Shown here: positions 11,627 through 22,392 of the stretch, in pieces
Layout: every line of letters begins with the position of its first letter
Position numbering within the stretch: the first letter of the stretch is position 1
Source of the DNA: Candidatus Saccharimonadota bacterium
GTDB lineage: Bacteria > Patescibacteriota > Gracilibacteria > BD1-5 > UBA2023
Assembly (NCBI GenBank): GCA_963706795.1
Contig: OY970170.1
Span: 60,001 to 92,000, forward strand
Direction: 5' to 3'
Length of the DNA: 32,000 nt
Program-made: the position numbers and the translations under genes
Notes under the pieces: model-generated
Databases searched by the model: none
What the model saw: the letters and a program-made list of their open reading frames with translations, nothing else
What the model was told of the DNA's origin: nothing

Positions 11627-11663
11627 ACGCAAATGTGGTACACAGCGAGATCAATAAGCACTT

Positions 11664-13046
11664 CTAAACATACCACTTCCGACCATCTCTTTCGAGTAGT
11701 ATATCGCTTTCTTTAGGTCCAGAAGTACCTTTTGGATATGGAAATATGATGGGGCAATCATTTTTGCAGTGGATAAGGTCATCGACGACCTTCCATGTTT
11801 CTTCGAGCATTTCCCAGTTAGTGAAGAGGGTTTTGTCACCGACAATACTATCTTCGATGAGTTTTTCGTAAGCTTCTTTGGAGCCAGGTTCGCTTTCAAA
11901 TTTGGATCGAACACGCTGGACCTCCTTGGAGTTGCCCATGACTTTGACATTAAAATGAATATCAATTCATTCATGGGGTTGAATCTCGAGAATGATTCGA
12001 TTTTTTGCTATGTGCCCGTATTTTTTAAAGAGAATTGGTGGAATTTCTTTGAATTCTACGACGATTCGCGTGATCTTTTTGTCGAGTGCTTTACCAGTTC
12101 GGAGATAGATAGGAACACCAATAAATGACCACGTTGCGACTTCGAGTTTTACGGCGACGAAGGTTTCGGTGCGGGAACCTTTGGCAATCTGACGCTCATC
12201 TGTGTAGCCTTCGTACTGACCAAAAACTGTGTTCGTTACATAATCCGGATCGAGCTTGAGCGACTGGAAAACCTTGAGTTTTTCTTGCTGAATAGCAGCA
12301 GCGTCGAGTGACGCGGGTGTATCCATTGTGACCAGCGACAAGACCTGAAACAAATGATTTTGAACCATGTCACGCATAGCTCCAGAAGTATCATAATACC
12401 CTCCACGATCCTCTACTCAGAGTGTTTCGGAGGCAGTGATTTGGATATTATCTATGTATTTGTTGTTCCAGATTGGCTCAAAAACCGTATTCGCAAAGCG
12501 GAAGGCTAGGATATTTTGAATCGCTTCCTTGCCGACATAGTGGTCGATTCGGTATATCTGTTTTTCGTGGAAAACTTCCGTGATTTTAGCATTGAGCTCT
12601 TTTGCAGAAGCAAGATCACGCCCAAACGGCTTCTCAAAAATGATCTTCACACGATCAGTTCATAGCCCCATTTGCTTGTATTCATCCACAAAACGTGTGA
12701 AGTGTTCCGGTGCGATCGAGAGATAAAAAATAATCTGCGAATCCTCCTTTGTGAGTCGGGCAATATCTGACTTGAGGCTCTGATAGTCTGACGACTGCTC
12801 AATATCCACCTTAGAATAATGCACCGTCTCAAGAAAGGCATCAAATACCCCTTGATCCTCAACAAATGGACCACTCTCTGCTCGGATGAATTCCAAAAAT
12901 TCTGCTCGTTTAAAGTCTCTTCTGCCCACTCAAATAATGTCGACCTGACTCGTCTTACTATTTTGAAATATATTGTAGAGAGCCGGAATAAGCTTTCGCT
13001 TTGCAAGATCGCCGGTTGAGCCGAATATGACAAATACTGTGTGCAT
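11664..13046 (-). CDS. zwf: Glucose-6-phosphate 1-dehydrogenase (460 aa)
   Basis: N-terminus [27 protein letters not shown] is the dinucleotide-binding motif. [11 protein letters not shown] is the active-site motif, and EKPFGRDL and [13 protein letters not shown] are also present. Four same-frame pieces are joined by TGA, e.g. II-TGA-VGRRDF at 12930-12932. Ends in TAG at 11666-11664. Confidence 0.92.
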
Positions 13047-13135
13047 GAAACAAAAATGAAATAACCGAGGATTGTATGATGCTCTGGGGATATTGCAAGT
13101 GAGTGCAAAAAGAATACTTATAGATTTAACACTTA

Positions 13136-14131
13136 TTAAAGCTTAGCCGCATCCAAGCCACTCTTCATGTAGCCCCGACAGTCTATCCGACCAATCGAGC
13201 GTTTATCCATATTTCACCCCTTCTTACCAGCTGAGTGATCGACTGACTGAATCTCTACACCTCAAATATGCTCTACCTTTCAGGCATGGTCTGTATGTCC
13301 GTGTACCACTCTATTAAACCCGAGCCCCTGAAGCTTGAGTGCGTCGTCTGCTGTAAGGTATTCGCGGTTCTCAGTATAGAGAAAAATATCGGCGATTCGT
13401 TGGTAATCGAGAGATGGCTCGATGCGTCGCATCAAGAGATCTCGCAATCATGTTTGATATGTCGTATTAATCCAATGGATGCCATGCTGACAAATCATAG
13501 CTGCCATTTCTGATGTGATATCAGTATGCACAAACAATGTATCATCTATATGTTCTGCGATTTTAAACTCGCACATATTCCCAAGCAGAGCAAGGCTGTC
13601 AGTACTTTCGTGCATTTTACTGAGTATCTCTCATCCACTTGGCAAGATCTCGTTGTATTCCTTTAATGAATCGATCTCTATTCATAGGTACTCGTATATA
13701 AACTCTACTATTCCGAGACCCTGATCATTGAGGGTAACATTTCTGATAGCATCGCGTTTCTTTGTAATTTCTTCGGGAGTAAAATGTGCATTTGCATGAG
13801 ATGGAAAAAACGCGACTGGTCTCTCCATAAGAAACGAGATAGCCATATCTTCATGATTACCAGCAAGTACAACAATCTCACCTCCGAGGGCATGGGCTTC
13901 TTTTTTGAGCCTGTTTAATTCACGCATGCACTGGAGACTGGTCGTACCGCGATCAGCAAGAATATCCCCTAAAAAAACTAGGCGCTTATTTGCTCATACC
14001 CAAGAGTTGAACTCATCAATTGCACCCAGCGATAGCAGATTAGCGTACATGATTTCAATATTTCCATGCAAATCACCCACTACGAGTACTTCTGTTGAGC
14101 GTGGTGTTTTTGCGGGTTGTGATTGTGGCAT
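13136..14131 (-). CDS. PPP-family metallophosphoesterase (Ser/Thr phosphatase or ApaH-like, 331 aa)
   Basis: The signature triad is present: VVGDLHGN, FLGDILADRG and LAGNHE, plus a downstream VHGHTD. The frame is continuous through TGA codons to TAA at 13138-13136. Confidence 0.8.
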
Positions 14132-14151
14132 CGTTCGTGCAGATGAGAAAT

Positions 14152-14745
14152 CTAATCATCCAACCCCTTCCCTTCCAAGATTTTTGGCACACCTTTCTCA
14201 ATCCTTGCCTCGCGAGTTTTGGATTGTTTGGCGCTCGAGAAATGGAGAAGATACGCCCTTTGTCGTCCTGGAGTCAGGGCTTCAAAGGCAGTTTTGAGGG
14301 CTGAGTTTTCTGCTAGTGCTTTTTGGAATTCCTCGGGAATGCTAAAGTCTTTGGTCTGTTTATAGTCTATTTTTAAATCTGCCTTTTCAACTTTTATGGC
14401 TTCGGAAATGTAGGATACGAGAGTAGACTCCATCTCAAGAATTTGCTGGATACTCGTGAAACGAATCTGGCGTCATGCTTGCACATTTTCTGTTTGCTGG
14501 ACGAGGATATTCGCAGGATCAGGAAGAAGAACGCCTTTAAAAAAATTAAGTGCACAGTATTCCTTAAACCCATGAATCAACACCACATTCCCTCCTTGGA
14601 ATGTATAACATGGAACACCCCATTTTAACTCTTCAGTGACCTCAGAATCAAGAACAATCATTCTGAGCTTTTTGACTTCCTCCTGCCACCTTTGCTCTTT
14701 TTTGAAATAAAAATCAACCTTAGGATTCATGTTATTAGCACTCAT
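14152..14745 (-). CDS. YdeI/OmpD-associated (DUF1801) family protein (197 aa)
   Basis: ORFs 14473..14745 and 14152..14433 share a frame and are joined by one TGA. Motifs: KVDFYFKK...KWGVPCYTFQGGNVVLIHGFKEYCALNFFKG and LKTAFEALTPGRQRAYLLHFSSAKQSKTREARIEK. Ends in TAG at 14154-14152. Confidence 0.8.
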
Positions 14746-14788
14746 AAGATGGAATTTTTAGATGCTTAAAAATCAGGAGGAAGGTAGT

Positions 14789-15746
14789 TTATTCTTGTAC
14801 GATTATTGCTACATTACCAGATTTGTGTCATTTTTCTACATAGGCATGAGCCTCGACAATTTGATCAAGGGTATATGTACGATCGATCACAGCTCTCATT
14901 TTGTTAGTCTCGATGAGTCATTCGAGATATTCCATGAGTTCGACAGTGAGTGTAAAAGCTCACATGAGCACTTTTCTTTTGCTGGTAATAGAGCCAAAGT
15001 CACTTGAACATATCACCTGGCATGGCAGCATTGAGCACGAGTGCTCAGGTTTCAGTCAGTGATTTCACTCCATCTGCAAATACCATCTTCCCAACACTAT
15101 CCATGACAATATCATAGACAACTCCGTCTCTTACAAAATGCTCTTTAGTGTAATCAATAACCTCGTCAGCACCGAGAGATTTTACCATGTCGATATTGGC
15201 TGTGCTACATACCGCGGTGACGTAGTTTCACATTGCCTTTGCTATCTGAACAGCAGCCGTACCTACCGCACCAGAGGCTCCGTAGATAAGTATTTTTTGC
15301 CCGCTTGTAATTCCAGCTTTTCTGAGGAAACCCAAGGCAGTAGTGCCTCCAAATGGTATTACCGCAGCTTCGACATGTGAGATATTTTTGGGTTTTATCA
15401 CGAGAGCACCATCCTCATTCATACACCTATATTCTGCATAGGTTCAAAAAGTAAGATCCGTATTTCCAAACACACTATCGCCTACTTTGAACTTAGTGAC
15501 ATCTTTTCAGATCTGTACAATCTCTCCAGAAAACACAACCCCGAGGATTGAATTTTTTGGCTTGCTGAAACCAAAGATGAGCCTCACTGCCCATGGATCG
15601 GCCTTTCGGATTCGGACCTCACCAGAATTTACAGCGGTAGCCATTATTTTGATCAGAACTTCGTTATTCTGAGGGATTGGAGTGGGCACTTCTTGTATCT
15701 CGAGAACTTCAGGAGCTCCATAGGCGGTACAGATAGCAGCTTTCAT
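14789..15746 (-). CDS. Zinc-type alcohol dehydrogenase / NADPH:quinone oxidoreductase (MDR family), interrupted by an apparent 1-nt frameshift
   Basis: [21 protein letters not shown]... and [21 protein letters not shown] (Rossmann GxxGxxG) are in one frame. The conserved C-terminus [64 protein letters not shown] (stop at 14791-14789) is in another. The span is 958 nt, which is 3n+1. Confidence 0.7.
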
Positions 15747-15794
15747 AATTGTTTGTTAAATATCTTCGGGGATCAGGTATGAGAAACGGGGGAA

Positions 15795-16529
15795 TTACAG
15801 AGCAATCAGAGAATACGTTCTAAGCACTTCTTGAAACCCGAAATCCTCCGCAAGTTTTTGGGAGATGTCATTGTCCGCATGTGCCCTCCATTGTGGAATA
15901 AATCACTTATCGGATATATCGTTTAGCAGCGATTTAATAACCTGTGTTGCATATCATTTCCCCTTTGCTTCAGGAAGAGTAATGATGCCAATATGTGCGA
16001 TGGTATCTTGTTCATCATCTCGTACATAGTTTCCAAGTGAGAGAATTTGTCCATCCGAGCGATAGGCAAAAAAGGTGTGGAATGGATTAGTGATATCCAT
16101 ACATACCATTTTTCGATCCTTCGAATCGCATGTGTTCATAAATGTTTCGTAGGCAGAAAGATCTGATTGTGTAAGCGCAGATACATTCGGTGAAGCTGGA
16201 AAAACTGGACTCTCAAATTGGTAATATGCCAATTGTGGACCATGTTTTTGAGTTATATCCATCGCAGCTCTGATGTTTCATTCGACATCGTCAGAGCCTG
16301 CCTCAAGTATCTCCGACACCCGTCCAAACATTTTTTCTGATACAGAAACTACCGTGCCACCATTTTGGTACTCAAGTACATAGATTTCGTTTTCGTTGTC
16401 TATCGGTTCTGGCACATCCTTGCGATGCAGAAAAATGGAAGTCTTTTTTTGATCAAAATCTTCGTCCGAACACCCAAGAAAGGTTTGCCAATAGTTTCGG
16501 ACAATATCGAGTTTTGGTGAGTTTTGCAT
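15795..16529 (-). CDS. GNAT-family N-acetyltransferase (244 aa)
   Basis: ORFs 16278..16529 and 15954..16262 share a frame. The acetyl-CoA motif LPEAKGK-TGA-YATQVIKSLL (GxG restored by Gly at 15954-15956) is followed by ...AEDFGFQEV. Ends in TAA at 15797-15795. Confidence 0.7.
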
Positions 16530-16631
16530 GGTAGCTACTATACCGAGCTTTGAGCTTATGAAAACAATAAACTATTTCTCGTCCCTCATCGGAATCACAT
16601 ATTGGATTAAATTAATGTCTATGAGTGATAT

Positions 16632-18359
16632 CTAAAACCCACTCTGCAAGTCAAGCATCTTTTTGTATTTTCAAGCATGGGCCACTAAGTCATTGTGGGA
16701 TCCCTGCTCCAAGATTTTGCCATCTTCGATATAAAAAATCACATCTGATTGTTTTACTGTTTGGAGGCGATGGGCTACAACAATGACTGTACGGTCTTTA
16801 AAGAGATTTTCTAGCGCTTCTGTAATTGTTTCTTCATTGATACTGTCGAGTGCCGAAGTAGGTTCGTCCAGTAGGATAATCTCAGGGTTTTTGAGCATGA
16901 TCTTGGCGATAGCAAGGCGCTGTTTTTGACCTCCAGAAAGCTTGATTCATCTTTCTCATATCTCAGTCTCGAGTTGGTTTTTAAATTCGAATACGAAGTC
17001 ACATTTGGCAAGTTTTATGACTTCTTGGATTCGAGATGGGAGCTGATCCGATAACAGTTCATCTTCGGAGAGCGCATACGTAAGATTTTCGAGAATGGTT
17101 CCATCAAAGATATTTGGCTCTTGTGTGAGATATCAAATATGTCGATAATAAGATTGAAGTGTGATCTCTGAGAGTTTTTGACCATCTACTGCAACGCTTC
17201 AGAAATTCGGATGAATATACCCTGCAATCAGCTTCATAAGGGTAGTTTTCCCGCCACCAGAAGGCCCAACTAGTGCGTATTTTTTGCCACCCGCTAGCGT
17301 GAGTGAGAATTCGTCAAATATTTGCTTGGTATTTGAATACGCAAATCCGAGTTTCTCAATTTGTATATCTCATCATTTACATACAAAGAATGGTAGATTT
17401 TCATGTTCTTGGATGAGCGGCGTATTATCCATCAGATCCAAGAGCTGATCTACCCAAACCATGTAGCGATTATAGCTATTCATAGATCGTTGAATATTCC
17501 AAAAATACTTATAAACAGTCATGGTAAGACCGGATAATAAGACTAAGGTAGCGATCGTATAATCGCCGCGCATGACTCCAATTCCAATAACGAGATAGAT
17601 TCCTGCCTGAACAAGCATCATCATAATAGATGCCGCACCATTGAATGCATCTATAATTACATTGGACCGGATCAATAAATTCTTGATTGAAGTAATAAAT
17701 ACTTGCGAGAGAGAAAGCTCATGCTCAAGCTTGTTATTTTGAAAGATCTCAAATTTGGACATGATGATCTGAGTTCTTTTTCGTTGAAGTTCTGTTACCA
17801 TTTTTCACGCCTCTGTTCTGGAGTCGTGGACTTTACTTTGTGCATAAGCCATGAGCCCTACCGTCACCGCAAAAAGGAGGAGCAAAACCAAAGAATACAC
17901 CACCGGAACAGATACAAAAATAATCACGAACCCGATCAAGATAGTGAGAACTTCAGCAATAACATGAGGAAATGTATCATAGACAATATTGATCCATCAT
18001 TCTACCCCTCTTGTGACAATGCTATTTATTTTGCCCGTTCAGATCGATTCGGTGCGATTATTATCGAAATGGAGATATTTTTTAAAAAATTCAGCAGATA
18101 AATAATGATCTAAATAACTCATCAAGGTATAGCCCGAAAAGGTCGCAGCAATAGCATACCCCTGCTGAATCAGCTTAGCAAGAAGCAGCGCAAAAGCACC
18201 AAAAATAACTCCTTGTTTGTCTCATCGAACAATTGCAGCAATAATCCATGCAGCAATCCAAGGCTCAAAAACACCCTGAAGTGAGTCATAAATTTTTTCT
18301 CCGAACCAAATATACCAATGCCCTTTGACGAGCTTGATAACCCCAAGGAGTCGCTTCAT
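16632..18359 (-). CDS. ABC exporter, fused permease/ATP-binding protein (MsbA/MdlB-like, 575 aa)
   Basis: The N-terminal half is hydrophobic (6-TM type). The C-terminal NBD carries Walker [11 protein letters not shown], signature [13 protein letters not shown], Walker [13 protein letters not shown] and H-loop VVAHRL. The TGA at 16671 is read through to ...[16 protein letters not shown] (16634-16632). I scanned the frame and found no TAA or TAG. Confidence 0.9.
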
Positions 18360-18481
18360 TGTTGTGAGGCGCATGGTTGTTTTTATATCGAAAATACTAA
18401 CGACAGGATTGTATGTACAAGCGAGATGAAGTCACAAAAAAACCGCTATTTTCTTGGTGAAGGCGATTATTTGAAGGTTCT

Positions 18482-18554
18482 ATTGAAATCGAACATGGTA
18501 GGGCACAATCATAGTGCTGCGAACTTCTTCAGGAGAGAATTTGAGTGGGATGAG
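18482..18554. repeat. Intergenic repeat family, copy A
   Basis: attgaaatcgaacaTGGTAGGGCACAAtcatAGTGctGcTGCGAACTTcTTcaGGAGAGAATTtGAGTGGGATGAG aligns with copies B and C in the same orientation. It lies between the ABC exporter start (18359, minus) and the deaminase start (18696, plus). Confidence 0.6.
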
Positions 18555-18695
18555 CGCCAAGGCGGACTATTGGATAATTGAACTCTTCTATTATAATCCT
18601 CACAATTCTAAGCTCTCTATGAAGCTAGAAAGAGATCAGATTGGTTTGCACAGCACGTCTCGTATCCGTAGAATGCGCGCATATTAAAACAAGTC

Positions 18696-19193
18696 ATGCC
18701 CAACTATAAGGAAGGTCTCGATGACCATGCAAACATCCTGCAATTCGTAGAAAAATCTCTGCAAAATGCGCGAAAATCTCTAGATCAGTGAGGCTTCCCT
18801 GCAGGTGCAATAGTCGTAAAAAACGGCAAGATCGTCGGCGAAGGAATCAGTATGGGCAATAAACTCCACGATCCCACCAGTCACGGCGAGCTCTCAGCAA
18901 TACGCGATGCATGCAAGAACCTCGCAACATCGGATCTTTCTGACTGCACGCTCTATTCCTCTATGGAGCCATGCATGATGTGCCTCAATGCCGCAATGTG
19001 GAGCTCGGTACCAAAGGTGATTTTCGCCTGTGGGAAAAATAGAGTTTCGCCTGACTATTACGGAGGAAGTTACGAAACTTCGAGTGTAAATGCGATGTTT
19101 GCACGTGCTATCGAGATAGTGCAGATTCCTGAAATGGAGGAATCTTCTGTAGAACTTGTTCGGGAGTGGGAGAAATCGTGGGGAGGTGAGTAA
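18696..19193 (+). CDS. CMP/dCMP-type zinc deaminase, guanine-deaminase/TadA-like (165 aa)
   Basis: The zinc-ligand motifs DPTSHGELSAIRDAC (H-x-E) and MEPCMMCLNA (PCxxC) are present. The N-terminal piece joins through LDQ-TGA-GFPAGAIVV. Ends in TAA at 19191-19193. Confidence 0.8.
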
Positions 19194-19393
19194 TGCAGCC
19201 CTCGGCTGAGTATTCAAAACCAATATCTAGACCGAAACCAGCATGCGGTAAAAATATTGTCTTTGCCCGCCTTTCGTTTGTCTTTGGAGAAAGAACGTTT
19301 ACCCGTAGAGTGAAGAGATGCTGGATATTGACCTGCTGAACCACATTGCAATGCGGTTTCGTACTCGGCTATATATGATAATCCCTTCATTTT

Positions 19394-19750
19394 ATGGATG
19401 CCTATAGTTCACCAAGTACGAAACCGCTGTATCGCGGTACGCAAATCGTTTGGTACATTCTCGGAATTATTGAGGCACTTCTCGCGTTCCGATTTGTACT
19501 GAAGTTTCTCGGAGCAAACCCCACGGCGGGCTTTACGAGTTTTATCTACGGAGCAACGCAGATGTTTGCTGCCCCATTCCTCAACGTTTTCCGGATTACA
19601 AAGATAGAAGGTAGTGTTTTCGAATGGACCACCATCCTAGCGATGCTCGTATATTGGATAGTCGCGTATGCAATTATTAAGCTGTTTCTCATGGGAAGAA
19701 CAGTCTCCACACCAGAGGCGGCAGCAAAGCTGAGTTCGCAGGAGAAGTAG
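19394..19750 (+). CDS. YggT-family small membrane protein (118 aa)
   Basis: An intact ORF with no TGA. The pattern IVWYILGIIEALLAFRFVLKFLGANP...FIYGATQMFAAPF with two TM helices is typical of YGGT repeat proteins. Ends in TAG. Confidence 0.75.
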   Translation: MDAYSSPSTKPLYRGTQIVWYILGIIEALLAFRFVLKFLGANPTAGFTSFIYGATQMFAAPFLNVFRITKIEGSVFEWTTILAMLVYWIVAYAIIKLFLMGRTVSTPEAAAKLSSQEK

Positions 19751-19760
19751 AATTAAGTTT

Positions 19761-19804
19761 ATACTAAAAACGGTTACCACTCGAGTGGTAACCGTTTTTA
19801 GTAT
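19761..19804. terminator. Bidirectional intrinsic terminator (44-nt perfect palindrome)
   Basis: atactaaaaacggttaccactc|gagtggtaaccgtttttagtat is a perfect inverted repeat centred on ctcgag, with an A-run on one side and a T-run on the other. It sits between the convergent YggT gene (plus) and ABC-F gene (minus). Confidence 0.75.
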
Positions 19805-19861
19805 GTGTTCGAATATAACGATTCAATATCCTTAAAATATTACTTGTAAGAGATGTTTGTA

Positions 19862-19930
19862 ATTTGAATTGGTGGAGCACAAGAGTGGAGTTGCGAACTT
19901 TTTTGGGAGAGAATTCGGAGTTGTATTGAG
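19862..19930. repeat. Intergenic repeat family, copy B
   Basis: atttgaatTGGTGGAGCACAAgAGTGGAGTTGCGAACTTTTTTGGGAGAGAATTCGGAGTTGTATTGAG. It ends 10 nt from the ABC-F stop codon (19940-19942) and lies about 55 nt from the 19761-19804 palindrome. Confidence 0.65.
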
Positions 19931-19939
19931 AAAAGTAAG

Positions 19940-21391
19940 TTATGCTTCTCCATTCTCCAAGTCAATCCTTCAAGTACACTGCATTTTTTCTATGAAATAC
20001 TCGTCGTGAGAAACTATGAGCATGGGAATTCCTAAATCAACAAGTATATCTTCTATCTGTTCCCTGAGGAATATATCGAGATGGTTTGTTGGCTCATCCA
20101 GAATGAGGATATCCGGACGGTTCGACAGCAAGATTGCGAATTCGAGTCTCCTCTGCTCGCCGTAGCTGAGATTGCTTGCCTTCGTATTCACCGCCGAAGC
20201 ATCGAAGAGGAATCGTGCAAGGATAGAACGTTCTTCATTCGCACCTGCAATGGAAAGGCTGCGGAAATTTTCGATAACCGTTTTCTTGCCATTTATGAGA
20301 GAGAATTGGGAAAGATACCCAATGTGGGTATCTGGTCGGATGAGAATGGATTCGGACATCTCGCCGCTTTCGGAAATAATTGTCCGCAGAAGCGTACTCT
20401 TTCCGCTGCCATTCATTCAACATACTCTCAGGCGGTCTGAACCGGAAAGTCGGAAACTGACGTTTTCAAAAATGGTTTTTGAAGCGCCACTTCCTGAGAC
20501 AAAGCCAGCCGATAGTTCTTTTACAGTAAGAATAGTTCATTTTCATTGCGGAAGCTCGATCCGATATGATATTTTCGGATCTTCTATAGGCATAGGAATG
20601 GCGCTCTTAAGTCGCTTTTCAAGCGTCTGTTTCTGCCGCATGACTCGGTCGCTAAAGCGGAATTTCGGATGAAATTCGTGCTCACGAAGCCAGAATTCCA
20701 GCTCAACGATCTCAGCTTGTTCATGGCGATAGATAGACATTCTTCGATCAAAACTCGCCTCTCGTGCAGAGAGGAATTCACGATACGAACCAGTATAAGT
20801 CTCGATTGTGTGATCTTGGGTAATTTCCAAAATGCAGTTTACTGAGCTTGCAATGAGTTTACGATCGTGAGTCACTATGAAAACGCTTCATCCAAAACTC
20901 GCAATAAAAGCGGCAAGGAAATCCTGCCCCTCTTGGTCTAAATGATTCGTCGGCTCGTCGAGAAGCAAGATAGTCGGCTCGTCAAGTATTATTCGTGCGA
21001 GCCTCAGTCGCATTTTTTGTCCACCGGAAAGACTGGAAATCTGCTGATTGCAAAGGGGTAAGTCGAGTCATACGACATCGAGTGCTTGTTCTGCATGGTA
21101 AAACATCCATTCTTCGGTGAAGGCTGAGGCTAGGTACTCACCAATAGTCTCAAACTCATCAGAAAATGTTGGGTCTTGCTCGAGATACCCAATAGTTTCT
21201 CATTGGATGGAAACTATTCCCTCACTCGGAATAATCTGCTTCGCTATGATTTTCAGAAGCGTAGACTTCCCTGCACCGTTCCTTCCAACGACGGCTACGC
21301 GCTTTTTTGATTTTGAATCGAGGGAAAAAGAAAAACCTCGAAAAAGAGTATCGCCCCCATGGTCGTGAGTGACGTCTTGGATATGTAACAT
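19940..21391 (-). CDS. ABC-F family ATPase (two tandem ABC domains, no TMD, 483 aa)
   Basis: Domain 1 has [24 protein letters not shown] and [11 protein letters not shown]. Domain 2 has [15 protein letters not shown] (the first Gly of Walker A is encoded by TGA at 20417-20419), [12 protein letters not shown] and [11 protein letters not shown]. The TGA at 19970 is read through to TAA at 19942-19940. Confidence 0.85.
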
Positions 21392-21535
21392 GGTTGATAA
21401 AAGCTAAAAGAAATGGATCTTTTAGCGAATATCTCAGTTACAAGGAACCTGATGGTGGTAAGTAGTCTGGTAAGTCATATGCTGGATTATACGAAAAACA
21501 GAATTTATGGCAAACACGCATAATACCCGAACAGA

Positions 21536-21581
21536 CTCTAAAAAAGAGCATCAATCCTGGAATTGATGCTCTTTTTTAGAG
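21536..21581. terminator. Bidirectional intrinsic terminator-like hairpin
   Basis: ctctaaaaaagagcatcaat-cctgga-attgatgctcttttttagag has a 20-bp perfect stem including A-run/T-run arms. It sits between the ParB-like gene and the ABC-F gene, next to repeat copy C. Confidence 0.65.
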
Positions 21582-21598
21582 CGCTGCCCAGCAATAGG

Positions 21599-21668
21599 AT
21601 TCAAATTGGTAGAGCACAATAGTGGAGTTGCGAATTTTTTTGGTGAGAATACGGAGTGGGATATTGAG
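21599..21668. repeat. Intergenic repeat family, copy C
   Basis: attcaaatTGGTAGAGCACAAtAGTGGAGTTGCGAATTTTTTTGGTGAGAATACGGAGTGGGATATTGAG. By eye it is about 80% identical to copy B, with small indels. It lies about 45 nt beyond the ParB-like gene stop (21713) and about 17 nt from the 21536-21581 hairpin. Confidence 0.65.
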
Positions 21669-21712
21669 GGTTATTTGCGTTAGAGTATGCAGATTTTAAA
21701 TCTGAACGGAGA

Positions 21713-22096
21713 TTATCCTTGAATTTCTGAGATTCTCGATCGTGGAATAATTCTCACCTGTACTTCTTTTTTTCCCAGCAGATAACTTTTCGCGAGTCTA
21801 TGGAGACCATCGAGCAAAAGTAGTCTTCCTTTGTTAGGCATGAGGTCAAGTGGATAATTCAGGTCAGCATCAAGGATTTTTTTCCAATGGTCGTCTTCCT
21901 TGTATGGATTCACCAGCAGTTCCCAGACAGTAAGATTCCAATCATCGGTTCATTTCTGATCTAAGAATGGTATATCGAAGTGCCACAAAAGTGCCTCAAT
22001 GGGAATAGAAACAACCGGCTCATCAAGAGTCCAGACTTTTTTATAATCCCAAGAGAAGTCGAATCCGACATCTTTGATAATCTGTGGTTTTTCCAT
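21713..22096 (-). CDS. Small ParB/Srx-fold (ParB-like nuclease domain) protein (127 aa)
   Basis: ATG at 22096-22094 (MEKPQIIKDVGFDFSWDY...), one internal TGA (21950-21952), TAA at 21715-21713. The motif GRLLLLDGLHRLAKSYLLGKKEVQV fits the ParB N-terminal-domain DGxHR core. This is a motif-level call only. Confidence 0.55.
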
Positions 22097-22279
22097 GTAA
22101 AAAAATTACTGGAACGATTAAATGCCTCTCGCGCTTATTTGCAACAAAAATATCTGCCAAATAAATGCTTATTACTAAAAGCAATTCACGAACCAGTTTT
22201 TAGATATCGCTCAAATGCACGTACTCATCACCTTATCCTACTAACAAGAGAAAAGAACGGAAAAAACCAGGAATTAAAA

Positions 22280-22312
22280 GCCCTCCTACACTCTTACAGA
22301 GCTTTGGAGGGC
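22280..22312 (-). terminator. Putative terminator downstream of tmRNA
   Basis: On the minus strand GCCCTCC...GGAGGGC forms a 7-bp GC-rich stem with a 19-nt loop, followed by TTTTAATT. It lies about 80 nt past the tmRNA CCA end. Confidence 0.4.
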
Positions 22313-22392
22313 ATTCTTCGCTATCTAGAGCAACGAAATTGCACGTCAATCGCAGAAGCGGCGTGCCATTCGTAGCTCGTGAGAGCGAAGAA

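Noticed and set aside
12647-13108. A 153-aa minus-strand ORF overlapping the 5' part of zwf
   Set aside because: It is out of frame relative to the zwf reading frame, which carries the canonical [12 protein letters not shown]-terminus. It is a shadow ORF.
18318-18581. An 87-aa plus-strand ORF upstream of the deaminase
   Set aside because: It overlaps the 5' end of the ABC exporter in antisense and then runs through repeat copy A. The repeat copies do not preserve a reading frame.
21599-21668. tRNA-like appearance of the repeat core (AATTGGTAGAGCAC resembles a tRNA D-loop and D-stem)
   Set aside because: There is no complementary 5' D-stem, no anticodon stem pairing, no T-arm and no acceptor stem on either strand. 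I could not fold a cloverleaf.
21980-22375. A 131-aa plus-strand ORF
   Set aside because: Its first part is antisense to the ParB-like CDS. The rest crosses the tmRNA terminator region. It has no motifs.
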